Shown here piece by piece: positions 19,165-28,192 of a stretch of 64,000 nt of DNA. Made by a program: the position numbers and the translations under genes. The notes under the pieces were generated by a model that saw only the letters and a program-made list of their open reading frames with translations, was not told the DNA's origin and did no database searches. The stretch spans positions 33,712 to 97,711 of the forward strand of contig CAJTLC010000009.1 in the NCBI GenBank assembly GCA_910576995.1, given 5' to 3'. Source of the DNA: an uncultured Ruminococcus sp. GTDB lineage: Bacteria > Bacillota > Clostridia > Oscillospirales > Ruminococcaceae. Numbering within the stretch: the first letter of the stretch is position 1; every line of letters begins with the position of its first letter.

Positions 19165-21531
19165 ATGTTTACATTGTTGGTATTAATACTTCTTCTCGCA
19201 GCGATACTCTTTGTTCCCATAATGTCCGCCATCATAATAGCGGCAGCCGTAAAGGCAAGCAAAGACGACAAAAATAATCAAAATATCACGGGAACTTATC
19301 AGTATTCGAATTCCGTCAATTCGCCGCCGCGTAAAAAACTTACGGCTTCGGCAGTAATGCTTCTTATAGGCACGGCGTTTATCGTTCTTTCGGCGATAAC
19401 GTTCGTTGCGGCAAACTGGGTAAAAATGCCTCCCGAAGGAAAAGTTTTCGCCCTCGCCGGCGCTGCTGTAATGGCATTTGCAATAAGCGCTGTATCAAGG
19501 GCTGCCGCAAAACTCGAAGGCACGTCCATATCATTCTATATAATGGGTACGTTTATTACCGATGTTGCGGTATTCACCGCCGCCTATTATAAATTCTTCG
19601 GCGAATGGTTCAGCGTCCGCGGCGACGGATCTGCGCTGATTTATGCAGTTCTGCTGCTTATCTCGTCGGCAGCGTTTTTTATTGCGTATCTTATCTATAA
19701 AAAGGCCGCTTTTATTTATACCGGTCTTTCGTTCATCTCCGCAGCCTTGATCTTCATATGCGTTCAGATAACCGACAATATAGAACAGTTCGCGCCCGTT
19801 ATCATAATGGTTCAGTTCGCTGTCACCGCAGCTATTCATCTGCTGAAACCTCAAAAAGATACTATTTTTGATCGCCCCGTAAGAGTTATCGGAGATATTA
19901 CCGCCGTGATCTACGCCTTCCTTGCAGGACTCTACGTACTCTGCAATACCTTTGACGCCACGGGATACAGCTTCTTTATTCTCGGAATAGTTCTTCTCCA
20001 GCTTTTCCTGTACGGAACGTTCAAGAAGCAAAAATGGATGTACATCTTCATGAACATCATCGGTATCTACACCGCATTTTTAGCTGTCGGAACTGCCGAG
20101 GACAAATTCGGAACAGATTTTATCATCCTGCTTTTCGCGTTCATAGCCCTTGTCATCTACATTGCAAACTGCATAATGCCCAAAAACCTCACGGCTTCAA
20201 GAGCGATATCTTTCGTATTCGCACTGATCGGCGCATTTGTTTCGCTTATGGCGAATAATGACAGCTATTTCGGCATGAACGTTATCGTTCCTATCGCAAT
20301 GTCGCTCTGCATTATCGGCTACGGTATGCATAAGGAAAAAGTGATACAGGTTCTCGCCGCTGTCGCTTCGCCGATACTGCCATTCTGCACTGCGATCTAC
20401 CTAAACAACAGATTCCGCGACCTATTTGTGCAGACCGCTCACCACGATATCGAAACGCTTGTTTTCGGAACTCTCACACTGTTTTATATGGCAGTTGCAG
20501 CATTATTCATATATTTGCCGAAAATCAGAGAAAACAGCCAAAAGTCTGCCTCTTCAGAAGTCATGGCATATGCGAACATGATCTCAGCCGCTGCTATTCT
20601 CCTCAATATTACCGGATTTTCGCAACTTTTCATGGTTACGGCTGCATTGTGCGTTTTCCATTTCATACTCTCGTATTTCATGAGCTGCAATATCACCGCA
20701 GTCGGTTCGGCAATGAGCTTTATTATCCTCGTCAATCATGTGCTTCAGCATTATCTCGGCAAGGAATCCGACAGCGAAATGTATATAATGTTTGCGCTTT
20801 TCGCGGTACTTATGGCAATCTCCAGAATCGTATTCCCCGAAAAATTTGCAGTTAAAAAAGACGGACGAGTTCTCATCGACGTTATGATCTTAAGCGGCTG
20901 GGCAGCCGTTATCCCATTTCCGGTATTCAGCAGAGTTTCACTGTTTCTCCGAATAATTGCTGTCGCAGTATTTCTTGCAAGCTTTATCAAGAAGAATACA
21001 AATAAAGAAGCCGCGGCAGTTCTTCTTTCACTGGCGTCGTCGTTAGCGGCTATCGCTTTTATGACGAGACCTTTCTTAACACCCGATTCTTCAATGATCT
21101 CCTGCAAGATCAATCTCGCTATCTTCGCGCTGCTTGGCATCGCCTGCAAATACATCTGGCAGAATCACAAGCTTGCTTCAAAAATTTCATCAACAATTAT
21201 CTTCATAATCGCATTTACAGGACTGATAATAGATTCCATGGTCTTCACAAATATCGTAAACAAGATATTCGTTCTTGCCGTTACCGCAGCGATTCTCATT
21301 CTATCGTTCTATACAAAAAGCAAAACATGGTTTGTCGCATCTTCAACAGCCCTCGTGGCGATCACGGTATTCTCCACATGGAGATATTTCGACGCACTCG
21401 GCTGGTGGCTGTATCTCTTTATCGTCGGCGTTATCCTTGTTATTATCGCCGCCATCAATGAAGCCTGCAAGAAAAAAGGCGAATCGGTAAAATCAACAGT
21501 AAGTAAAAAATTCTCCGACTGGAGCTGGTAA
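19165..21531 (+). CDS. Large polytopic membrane protein (DUF2157-like N-terminus)
   Basis: IGTAFIVLSAITFVAANW motif; more than 20 hydrophobic segments. Confidence 0.65.
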   Translation: MFTLLVLILLLAAILFVPIMSAIIIAAAVKASKDDKNNQNITGTYQYSNSVNSPPRKKLTASAVMLLIGTAFIVLSAITFVAANWVKMPPEGKVFALAGAAVMAFAISAVSRAAAKLEGTSISFYIMGTFITDVAVFTAAYYKFFGEWFSVRGDGSALIYAVLLLISSAAFFIAYLIYKKAAFIYTGLSFISAALIFICVQITDNIEQFAPVIIMVQFAVTAAIHLLKPQKDTIFDRPVRVIGDITAVIYAFLAGLYVLCNTFDATGYSFFILGIVLLQLFLYGTFKKQKWMYIFMNIIGIYTAFLAVGTAEDKFGTDFIILLFAFIALVIYIANCIMPKNLTASRAISFVFALIGAFVSLMANNDSYFGMNVIVPIAMSLCIIGYGMHKEKVIQVLAAVASPILPFCTAIYLNNRFRDLFVQTAHHDIETLVFGTLTLFYMAVAALFIYLPKIRENSQKSASSEVMAYANMISAAAILLNITGFSQLFMVTAALCVFHFILSYFMSCNITAVGSAMSFIILVNHVLQHYLGKESDSEMYIMFALFAVLMAISRIVFPEKFAVKKDGRVLIDVMILSGWAAVIPFPVFSRVSLFLRIIAVAVFLASFIKKNTNKEAAAVLLSLASSLAAIAFMTRPFLTPDSSMISCKINLAIFALLGIACKYIWQNHKLASKISSTIIFIIAFTGLIIDSMVFTNIVNKIFVLAVTAAILILSFYTKSKTWFVASSTALVAITVFSTWRYFDALGWWLYLFIVGVILVIIAAINEACKKKGESVKSTVSKKFSDWSW

Positions 21532-21534
21532 TAA

Positions 21535-21719
21535 GAACCTGTCCACATATGAAATTCCGCACGTCTTTTCGGCAAATTTTGCCGATTGCTACGTCAAAAA
21601 TCCTTGTCATATGACCGTAGGAAACGCCCGTGGTGCGTCAGTATGTCTGCGAATTTTTTCCTTGCACTCGTCAAAATTATGCTCGAAAATCCGCACATAA
21701 TTTCTATGTGGACAGGTTC
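21535..21719. mobile_element. Family A element A3 (long-core variant, reverse orientation)
   Basis: TIR GAACCTGTCCACATA / TATGTGGACAGGTTC; TAA on both flanks. Confidence 0.9.
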
Positions 21720-21815
21720 TAAATCAATTTTTACTTGTGCTACATTATGTCAGAGGACGCCGTCCCCTGACATATACAGCATAGCAAAAAATGATTTTCA
21801 TGCATAGGAAAAGAG

Positions 21816-23423
21816 GTGAAGATTATTTATTCAGCTATATCGGCTATACTGCTGCTTATCGGACTCGGCGGAATGCTCGGCACTATCGCTTGGGTACTCC
21901 GCCGCGGCAACAGCAGCCGCCTTACCACGCTTTTTATAATCTGCCTGCTTTCTATCGCTTTGTGGCTTATATCTCAGCTTCTCATCCTCTTCTCAGTCAG
22001 CAAAAATCAGCTTTGGCTAAGTTATATCATCGGAAACGGCGGAATCTGCTTCTTCTCAACGTTCTGGCTTATGTTTGCAGCGGAATATTCGGATGTCAGC
22101 GCTAAAATCAAAAAATTTTCAATCGTTCTCCCACTGATCTCGGCTGCAATGTTTTCATGCATCGCCACAAATCCTTTTCATCATCTATATTACACAGAAT
22201 TTGGCAAGGGGAATATTTTATATGGCGGTATGTTTTATATTTTTCAAATAATCTTCTATATTTTCATAATTTCTGGCATCTCAATGATGTTCATACGCCA
22301 TACACAGCGAAACGACGTAGTTACAGCGCAAACAATGCTTCTTGCACTTGCTGCGGCAGTACCGCTGATGGTCAATATACTGTCCGTCAGCGGCATAATA
22401 CGCTCAAAAATAGAAGTTACGCCGCTTTGTTTTGCATTTTCGGTAATCATGATACTGATTGCTATAAGCCGATATGGATTGCTGAACGTCAACCGAATCG
22501 CTATCAACGATACTATAGACAAAATTGCTATAGCTGTTATAGTATTTGACGAAGACGACAATATGACGTACAAGAACAAGATGACTGATAGTATTATTCA
22601 GATCGAAGAAAATACAACGCTTCCAGAATTCAGAAAAAAGCTGTCGGAACTCTCCGGAACTGAACTGGACGACGAAACGATCTCCAAAGAGCTAAAGATC
22701 GGAGATGAATATTACAATTTCCGACAAAGCATAAGCGTTAATAAAAAAGGCGCGGAGATCGCACGAATCATAATGATAAACAACGTTTCGGAATATTACG
22801 AACTTGCGGCAGCCGAAAATAAACTTTCGCTGGAATTGGAGCGAAACAGAATTACTCAGGAAATTCATGATTCAGCAGGTCATACTTTTACAATGATAAG
22901 CTCTCTTGCAAAAATTTTACAAGTTGAAGCGCAGAATATTAGTAATAATTCACAAATTGAAAAGTATATTTCCGAAATCGACGGACTTTCCAGAAGCGGC
23001 GTTACTCAACTAAGATGTTCTATAAATAATTTGCGAGACGATGAATTCATGACATCTGTTACTAAAGCTGTACAAACCGTAACCACTGCTATACGAAATA
23101 TTGATATAGAAATATGCGTCCAAGGCGAAGAAGATGAAAGTTTTGCATTCTGTATACGCGAAATTTACGAAAATACGCGCGAAACGCTTACCAATGCAAT
23201 GCGGTATTCGGGAGCAGACAGAATTGACATTATCCTTAAATTTTTGAGCGACAGACTGGAATTATATATTTTCGACAACGGCTGCGGCACGGAAATTATT
23301 GAAGAAAACAACGGATTATCGGGAATCCGAAGCCGCACTGAAGCAATAGGCGGAAGCGTGCGGTTTTCCTCCGTAAAAGGTGAAGGGTTTACAACTATTA
23401 TTAAAATTCCTAAAAGCGGGTGA
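21816..23423 (+). CDS. Sensor histidine kinase (7TM N-terminus, HisKA_3, HATPase_c)
   Basis: ERNRITQEIHDSAGH, ETLTNAMRY, DNGCG, GLSGIRSR. Confidence 0.9.
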   Translation: MKIIYSAISAILLLIGLGGMLGTIAWVLRRGNSSRLTTLFIICLLSIALWLISQLLILFSVSKNQLWLSYIIGNGGICFFSTFWLMFAAEYSDVSAKIKKFSIVLPLISAAMFSCIATNPFHHLYYTEFGKGNILYGGMFYIFQIIFYIFIISGISMMFIRHTQRNDVVTAQTMLLALAAAVPLMVNILSVSGIIRSKIEVTPLCFAFSVIMILIAISRYGLLNVNRIAINDTIDKIAIAVIVFDEDDNMTYKNKMTDSIIQIEENTTLPEFRKKLSELSGTELDDETISKELKIGDEYYNFRQSISVNKKGAEIARIIMINNVSEYYELAAAENKLSLELERNRITQEIHDSAGHTFTMISSLAKILQVEAQNISNNSQIEKYISEIDGLSRSGVTQLRCSINNLRDDEFMTSVTKAVQTVTTAIRNIDIEICVQGEEDESFAFCIREIYENTRETLTNAMRYSGADRIDIILKFLSDRLELYIFDNGCGTEIIEENNGLSGIRSRTEAIGGSVRFSSVKGEGFTTIIKIPKSG

Positions 23424-23430
23424 ATATTAA

Positions 23431-24057
23431 ATGATCAAAGTTATAATAGCGGACGATGTACAGATACTGCGAACAGGGCTGAAAGCCGTACTTTCTCAGG
23501 ACGACAGCATAAGAGTTGTCGGCGAGGCAGTTAACGGCAAGGAAGCATATGAGCTTTCAGTGCGGCTGAAACCGGACGTAGTGCTTATGGACATGAGAAT
23601 GCCTGATTACGACGGCGGCTGCGGAACTCGTCTTATAAAAGAAAAGCTGAATTCCGTCAAAGTTCTTGTGCTGACAACTTTCGATGACAAGGAAACCGTC
23701 GAAAAGGCTGTATCGAGCGGTGCGGACGGCTACATTCTTAAAGAAATGGACAACGAACAAATAATCAATTCAATAAAGGCTGTTGCAGGCGGCATCAATG
23801 TTTTTTGTGATAATGTTTTTCAGTCAATAAAAAAAGATTCAGCCATTCAGCAGAATCCCAAAAATTTTGATCTTACGGACAGAGAAGTCGATTTTCTTCG
23901 GCTTATATGCGACGGCTGCGATAATAAAGAGATCGCGGCGCAGCTTTTTTTAGCTGAAGGAACAGTACGCAACGGAATTTCGCGGCTTCTTGAAAAATTA
24001 AAGCTGAAAGACAGAACTCAGCTTGCGGTTTTTGCGATAAAAAATAATATCGTCTGA
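23431..24057 (+). CDS. NarL/LuxR-family response regulator
   Basis: IADD, LMDMRMP, LTTFDD, C-terminal HTH LTDRE...NKEIA...EGTVRN. Confidence 0.93.
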   Translation: MIKVIIADDVQILRTGLKAVLSQDDSIRVVGEAVNGKEAYELSVRLKPDVVLMDMRMPDYDGGCGTRLIKEKLNSVKVLVLTTFDDKETVEKAVSSGADGYILKEMDNEQIINSIKAVAGGINVFCDNVFQSIKKDSAIQQNPKNFDLTDREVDFLRLICDGCDNKEIAAQLFLAEGTVRNGISRLLEKLKLKDRTQLAVFAIKNNIV

Positions 24058-24087
24058 TAGACCTGTTCAAAACAAATCAGTCCGACT

Positions 24088-25197
24088 TCACTTGTCGGAC
24101 TGATTTGTTATGTCTATTATAACAATTTCCGATTTTGCACCTGTTTTAAAAGGTATCGCCCAGCCTGAAATTCCGCTTGTTACTATGAAATCGGTATTTC
24201 CGCGCCGTTCATGACCGTAAATTCTGTCATTCATACCCGTCAGCGTTCCCACATAACCCGTCGGAAAAAGATGACCGCCGTGAGTATGTCCTGACAGTAC
24301 AAGATCAACGCCACTTTCCGCCTCCGCGTCATAGTCGTTCGGCTGATGATCAAGAACTATGCTGTACGTTGAATCCTCGGTATATCGCATCAATACGGAT
24401 ATCGGCATACGGCCATCAGCATAAGTGTCGTGTCTGCCTATAATACATATATTATCGCTGATCATAGTTTTATCTTCAACAAGTATATCCACGCCATTAT
24501 TATCAAGCTCATGAGCAAGATCTTCAACCGAAAAATCTCTGTCGCCATCAAAATAACCATGGTCATGATTGCCGTACGCATAAAATACGCCGTATTTCGT
24601 TTTGATGTTGCCGAGAGCCGCGCAGGCTTTTTCCATATCAGCTCTGTTGCTGTCGTCGTCCACAAAATCTCACACAATCATTACGGCGTCAACGTTCATA
24701 TCGTCAAGACGTTTCATCTGCGCCGCAAATTCATCGCCGTCAAGAGTCGTTCCCAGATGAGAATCAGCGATCATGGCTATTCTCAACGGCTCTCCTATAT
24801 CTTTTTCAGTTGTCAGATTGTAATGCGTAATAACAACATTATGTGCAGAATACCAGCCTATCGAGAGATACGAAGCCGTGAAAATCATCGCAGCCGCCGT
24901 GGAAATATTCCAATTAGGCGTTCTTTTGCAAATTTTGGACGCGATAAACGATACAGCGTCAAAAATCAGCTTGAACAGGAATAAATGTATAAGCACTACA
25001 GCCATTGCCCACATATTTACGACAAGCAGCCATGGAAGGGCAATTACGGCAACTGCGGCAAAGGAAATAATCCATGCCGCAGCTTTATTTTTTTCAGCAA
25101 TTTTCTTAACGACAGCCAATCTATAAAATCCTGCCGCCAAATATATCAAGCCGCCTACAGCGGTAATGATCACGGCTGCAAAAATAATCAGCCACAT
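24088..25197 (-). pseudogene. Membrane-anchored metallophosphoesterase (YkuE-like) interrupted by in-frame TGA at 24670-24672
   Basis: DSHLG, V*DFVDD (expected VGDFVDD), GNHD and GHTHGG motifs all lie in one reading frame. Confidence 0.85.
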
Positions 25198-25199
25198 GA

Positions 25200-25811
25200 T
25201 CAGTCTCTGATCGCTTCCTTGATAGCGCCGAGAAGCTCGTCATATGTTTCAAAAGCAGGGAACTGCGGATAATCCGCCTTTATCTGCTCGGTGCTTCTGA
25301 ATAAGAATCCCGCCTTGCTTGCCTGTATCATGCCAAGATCGTTGAAGCTGTCGCCGCTTGCGATAGTTTCATAACCTATGGACTGGAGAGCCTTTACGGT
25401 TGTGAGTTTCGATTTCTCGCAGCGCATCTTAAATCCCGTAATTTCGCCGTTTTCAGCTACTTCCAGCGTATTGCAGAAGATAGTCGGCTGACCGAGTTTC
25501 GACATAAGAGGAGCTGCAAACTGTGTAAACGTATCGCTGATGATTATCGTCTGACACATTGAACGGAGTTCGTCCAGAAATTCCTTTGCGCCGGGCATGG
25601 GATCGATCTTAGCTATAGTCTCCTGAATTTCTTTAAGTCCCAGACCGTGTTCCTTCAGAATATTTATGCGGTATTTCATAAGCTTATCGTAATCAGGCTC
25701 GTCGCGCGTAGTTTTTTTAAGTTCGGGAATTCCGCTTGCTTCTGCAAATGCGATCCAGATTTCGGGAACGAGAACGCCTTCAAGATCAAGGCAGGTAATA
25801 TACATAGACAT
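25200..25811 (-). CDS. thrH: Phosphoserine phosphatase/homoserine phosphotransferase ThrH
   Basis: CLDLEGVLVPEIW, TTRDEPDYD, GDSFND. Confidence 0.93.
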   Translation of the reverse strand: MSMYITCLDLEGVLVPEIWIAFAEASGIPELKKTTRDEPDYDKLMKYRINILKEHGLGLKEIQETIAKIDPMPGAKEFLDELRSMCQTIIISDTFTQFAAPLMSKLGQPTIFCNTLEVAENGEITGFKMRCEKSKLTTVKALQSIGYETIASGDSFNDLGMIQASKAGFLFRSTEQIKADYPQFPAFETYDELLGAIKEAIRD

Positions 25812-25907
25812 GGTTATGACCTCCATATGTTTAATTGGCAGCTTTGCCTGACCGGCAGCTTTACCATTAATATTATACCATGTTTTTACAGCAATTGCAA
25901 GTCAAAA

Positions 25908-26675
25908 TCAGTTTTTACTCTCTTTCTTCGGTAAAGTTTTCAGAAGTATCAATGTATAGACTAAAGCAATTGCAGCTCCGGACAGTACAAACCAAATATA
26001 CTTCATATTGTTCAAAGCGCCGTCTTCAGTGTAAAAGACGTCCTGCCAATTACCGAAAACGCTTGCTACATCAACGAAAGAGTGAACTATAATACAAGGA
26101 ATAATACTGCCGCCGCGATGATATATCGTTACACAAAGGAAACCGAAAACGACTGCATACACAACCTGACACAAATTCGGGACAAGTTCCGCACCACTTC
26201 CATTTATCAGATTAACGATATGACCAAGTCCAAAAGTTGCGCTTGAAATAATTATTGCCTTATTAGCGCTGCCGTTCTTTGCGATAGCATTAAAAAGAAA
26301 TCCTCGGAACAGCATTTCCTCCACGACGCCGACAAAAAGCATATTAAACGCGTCGCACAAAAGCGCCGGAACACTCGCATTATCGAAAACGACACCCATC
26401 CAAAGATTTCTGGAAGCGAATATTGCAAGCGGTATGTACCAGATAAATCTGCTTGCCGGCGCAGTCGGTTTGCAAAATTTGTATTTTTTAAGCAAGCTGT
26501 TTTTCCATATAAATCCAAAAAGAAAAGCGGTCAATATAACGTTAAAAATTAAATTGACTGATTTATCTATTCCTATCGCTCCATTAAGAGAGTTTGCTGC
26601 CGATTGTGATACGACATATACGCCTATGCATAATAACGTGAACGTAAGTTCGCTCTTCTCATATAACTTTTTCAT
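25908..26675 (-). CDS. CPBP (CAAX/Abi) intramembrane protease
   Basis: EEMLFRG, FGLGH, IIVH motifs. Confidence 0.88.
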   Translation of the reverse strand: MKKLYEKSELTFTLLCIGVYVVSQSAANSLNGAIGIDKSVNLIFNVILTAFLFGFIWKNSLLKKYKFCKPTAPASRFIWYIPLAIFASRNLWMGVVFDNASVPALLCDAFNMLFVGVVEEMLFRGFLFNAIAKNGSANKAIIISSATFGLGHIVNLINGSGAELVPNLCQVVYAVVFGFLCVTIYHRGGSIIPCIIVHSFVDVASVFGNWQDVFYTEDGALNNMKYIWFVLSGAAIALVYTLILLKTLPKKESKN

Positions 26676-27235
26676 TCTTCCTCCTTTGCGGCAAGAACTG
26701 CGCCGCGGTAAGCGTTTGTAAGATGTTTGACCGCCGATTTCTCGTCAAATTCAAGCGAATTATTGGCAATTATGCTCGCATAACCGTGTGCGAACAGAGC
26801 TATTGTGAGAAATATTTCTTTGGTTTTTTCTTCTGTTGCTCCCATCGCCTGACTCATTGCCGCAAGTACAGGCTTCAATTCATCCGAATTGATCATTTCA
26901 AGCAGACTATGTTCCTTTGCGTATCCGGATTGAAACAGAAAACGAAAAAGATTAGGTTCATTTATCGCAAAACGGATATAATTCAGACCTATTCCGAGCA
27001 TAATATCATTATCGCGAATATTCATCAAATATTCCGTGTGAAAAATATCTGCCTTCTCGTAAATCGCTCGCTTTATCTCCTCTATAGTTTTGAAATTATA
27101 AAGCACAGGCTGCGTTGAACAATTCAAGCGTTCGGCTATTTTTCTCACGTTTACCTTTTCGATGCCCATCTCACGAACGATCTCGAATCCAGCTTCCGTA
27201 ACCATTTCCCGTGTTATTTTAACTTTAGGCGGCAT
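26672..27235 (-). CDS. TetR/AcrR-family regulator
   Basis: MPPKVKIT...VRKIAERLNCSTQPVLYNF HTH. Confidence 0.9.
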   Translation of the reverse strand: MPPKVKITREMVTEAGFEIVREMGIEKVNVRKIAERLNCSTQPVLYNFKTIEEIKRAIYEKADIFHTEYLMNIRDNDIMLGIGLNYIRFAINEPNLFRFLFQSGYAKEHSLLEMINSDELKPVLAAMSQAMGATEEKTKEIFLTIALFAHGYASIIANNSLEFDEKSAVKHLTNAYRGAVLAAKEEE

Positions 27236-27262
27236 TTCGAATCTCCTTTCATAATCCTTGTT

Positions 27263-27280
27263 ATATAACAACAGTTATAT
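27263..27280. promoter_or_regulatory. Likely TetR operator
   Basis: Palindrome ATATAAC-AACA-GTTATAT just upstream of tetR, next to its promoter. Confidence 0.55.
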
Positions 27281-27379
27281 TATATTATGTTTCAATTGAG
27301 ATGTCAATAGGAAAATAAAATTTTTCTACTCGCCGATTGACATGCTTATTAAAATATGATAAAATAATTACAGAATATA

Positions 27380-27434
27380 CTGCTCCCACAACTCACTCTT
27401 GAATTTTACCATATAATTCTTTAAATTGGAGCAA
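27380..27434. mobile_element. Internally deleted family C element
   Basis: TA|CTGCTCCCACAACTCACTCTTGAA...AATTGGAGCAA|TA matches the ends of the element at 46882-47226. Confidence 0.7.
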
Positions 27435-27485
27435 TAACACAAAAACCGCACGGAATTCCGTGCGGTCTGAAACTGTGAGGCGTTT

Positions 27486-27917
27486 ATGAAAAAAGATCTT
27501 GGTTACAAAACATCACAAAAGGAAATGCTTCTGGATTTTCTTGTAAAAAATAAAGAAAAACATACAAACGTTCAGGAAATAAGCACGTACCTTCGTTCGG
27601 AGGGTACTCCGGTCGGAACTGCGACTATTTATCGTCAGCTTGATCGCCTCGTTGATTCAGGGATCGTACGGAAATTCGTGATAGACGGCAAAACAGGCGC
27701 GTGCTATCAATACGTCGAAAATGAAAAGGAATGCCGCGAACACTTTCATCTGAAATGCCTGATCTGCGGTAAACTTATTCATCTCAGCTGCGCGCAGCTT
27801 ATCGGAATTAACCGCCATATCGCCGAGCATCATGGATTTATCGTCGATCCGCTCCAGACTGTTTTTTATGGCAAATGCGCGGAATGCTCAGCTTCGGAAT
27901 CGGAAACTGAAGAGTAG
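27486..27917 (+). CDS. fur: Fur-family regulator (Zur/Fur)
   Basis: ATIYRQL, HFHLKCLICG, GKCAEC; TTGACA-17-TAAAAT promoter at 27337-27365. Confidence 0.88.
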   Translation: MKKDLGYKTSQKEMLLDFLVKNKEKHTNVQEISTYLRSEGTPVGTATIYRQLDRLVDSGIVRKFVIDGKTGACYQYVENEKECREHFHLKCLICGKLIHLSCAQLIGINRHIAEHHGFIVDPLQTVFYGKCAECSASESETEE

Positions 27918-28000
27918 ATCTTCACATCGTCAGTTTCGTTTTCGCAATGCGGAATTCCTCCGCTTTTAGGCACATATATCTTCATATCTTCATCATTCAT
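27866..28000 (-). CDS. Unannotated 44-aa acidic protein
   Basis: GAGGTG RBS; MNDEDMKIYVPKSGGIPHCENETDDVKIYSSVSDSEAEHSAHLP; repeated D(M/V)KIY. Confidence 0.5.
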   Translation of the reverse strand: MNDEDMKIYVPKSGGIPHCENETDDVKIYSSVSDSEAEHSAHLP

Positions 28001-28192
28001 ATTTGTCACCTCGAAAACATTATTGCCGGCAATCGAAAATTTATACTTAGAGCCTGTTCAGTATCTTACATCTACTGTAAAGTGCGCAATAGATGAATAA
28101 TATGTATTTTCTGACATTTTTAACTTTTACTTGACACTTATGCCGCATAATGTTATAATTAAAGCAGCAAATCTTTTTTGTGGAGGTATATT

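Noticed and set aside
24670..24672. Selenocysteine or TGA=Gly recoding
   Set aside because: The position is a conserved Gly rather than Cys, and TGA serves as a normal stop in many genes here (e.g. znuA, the histidine kinase, spoIVA).
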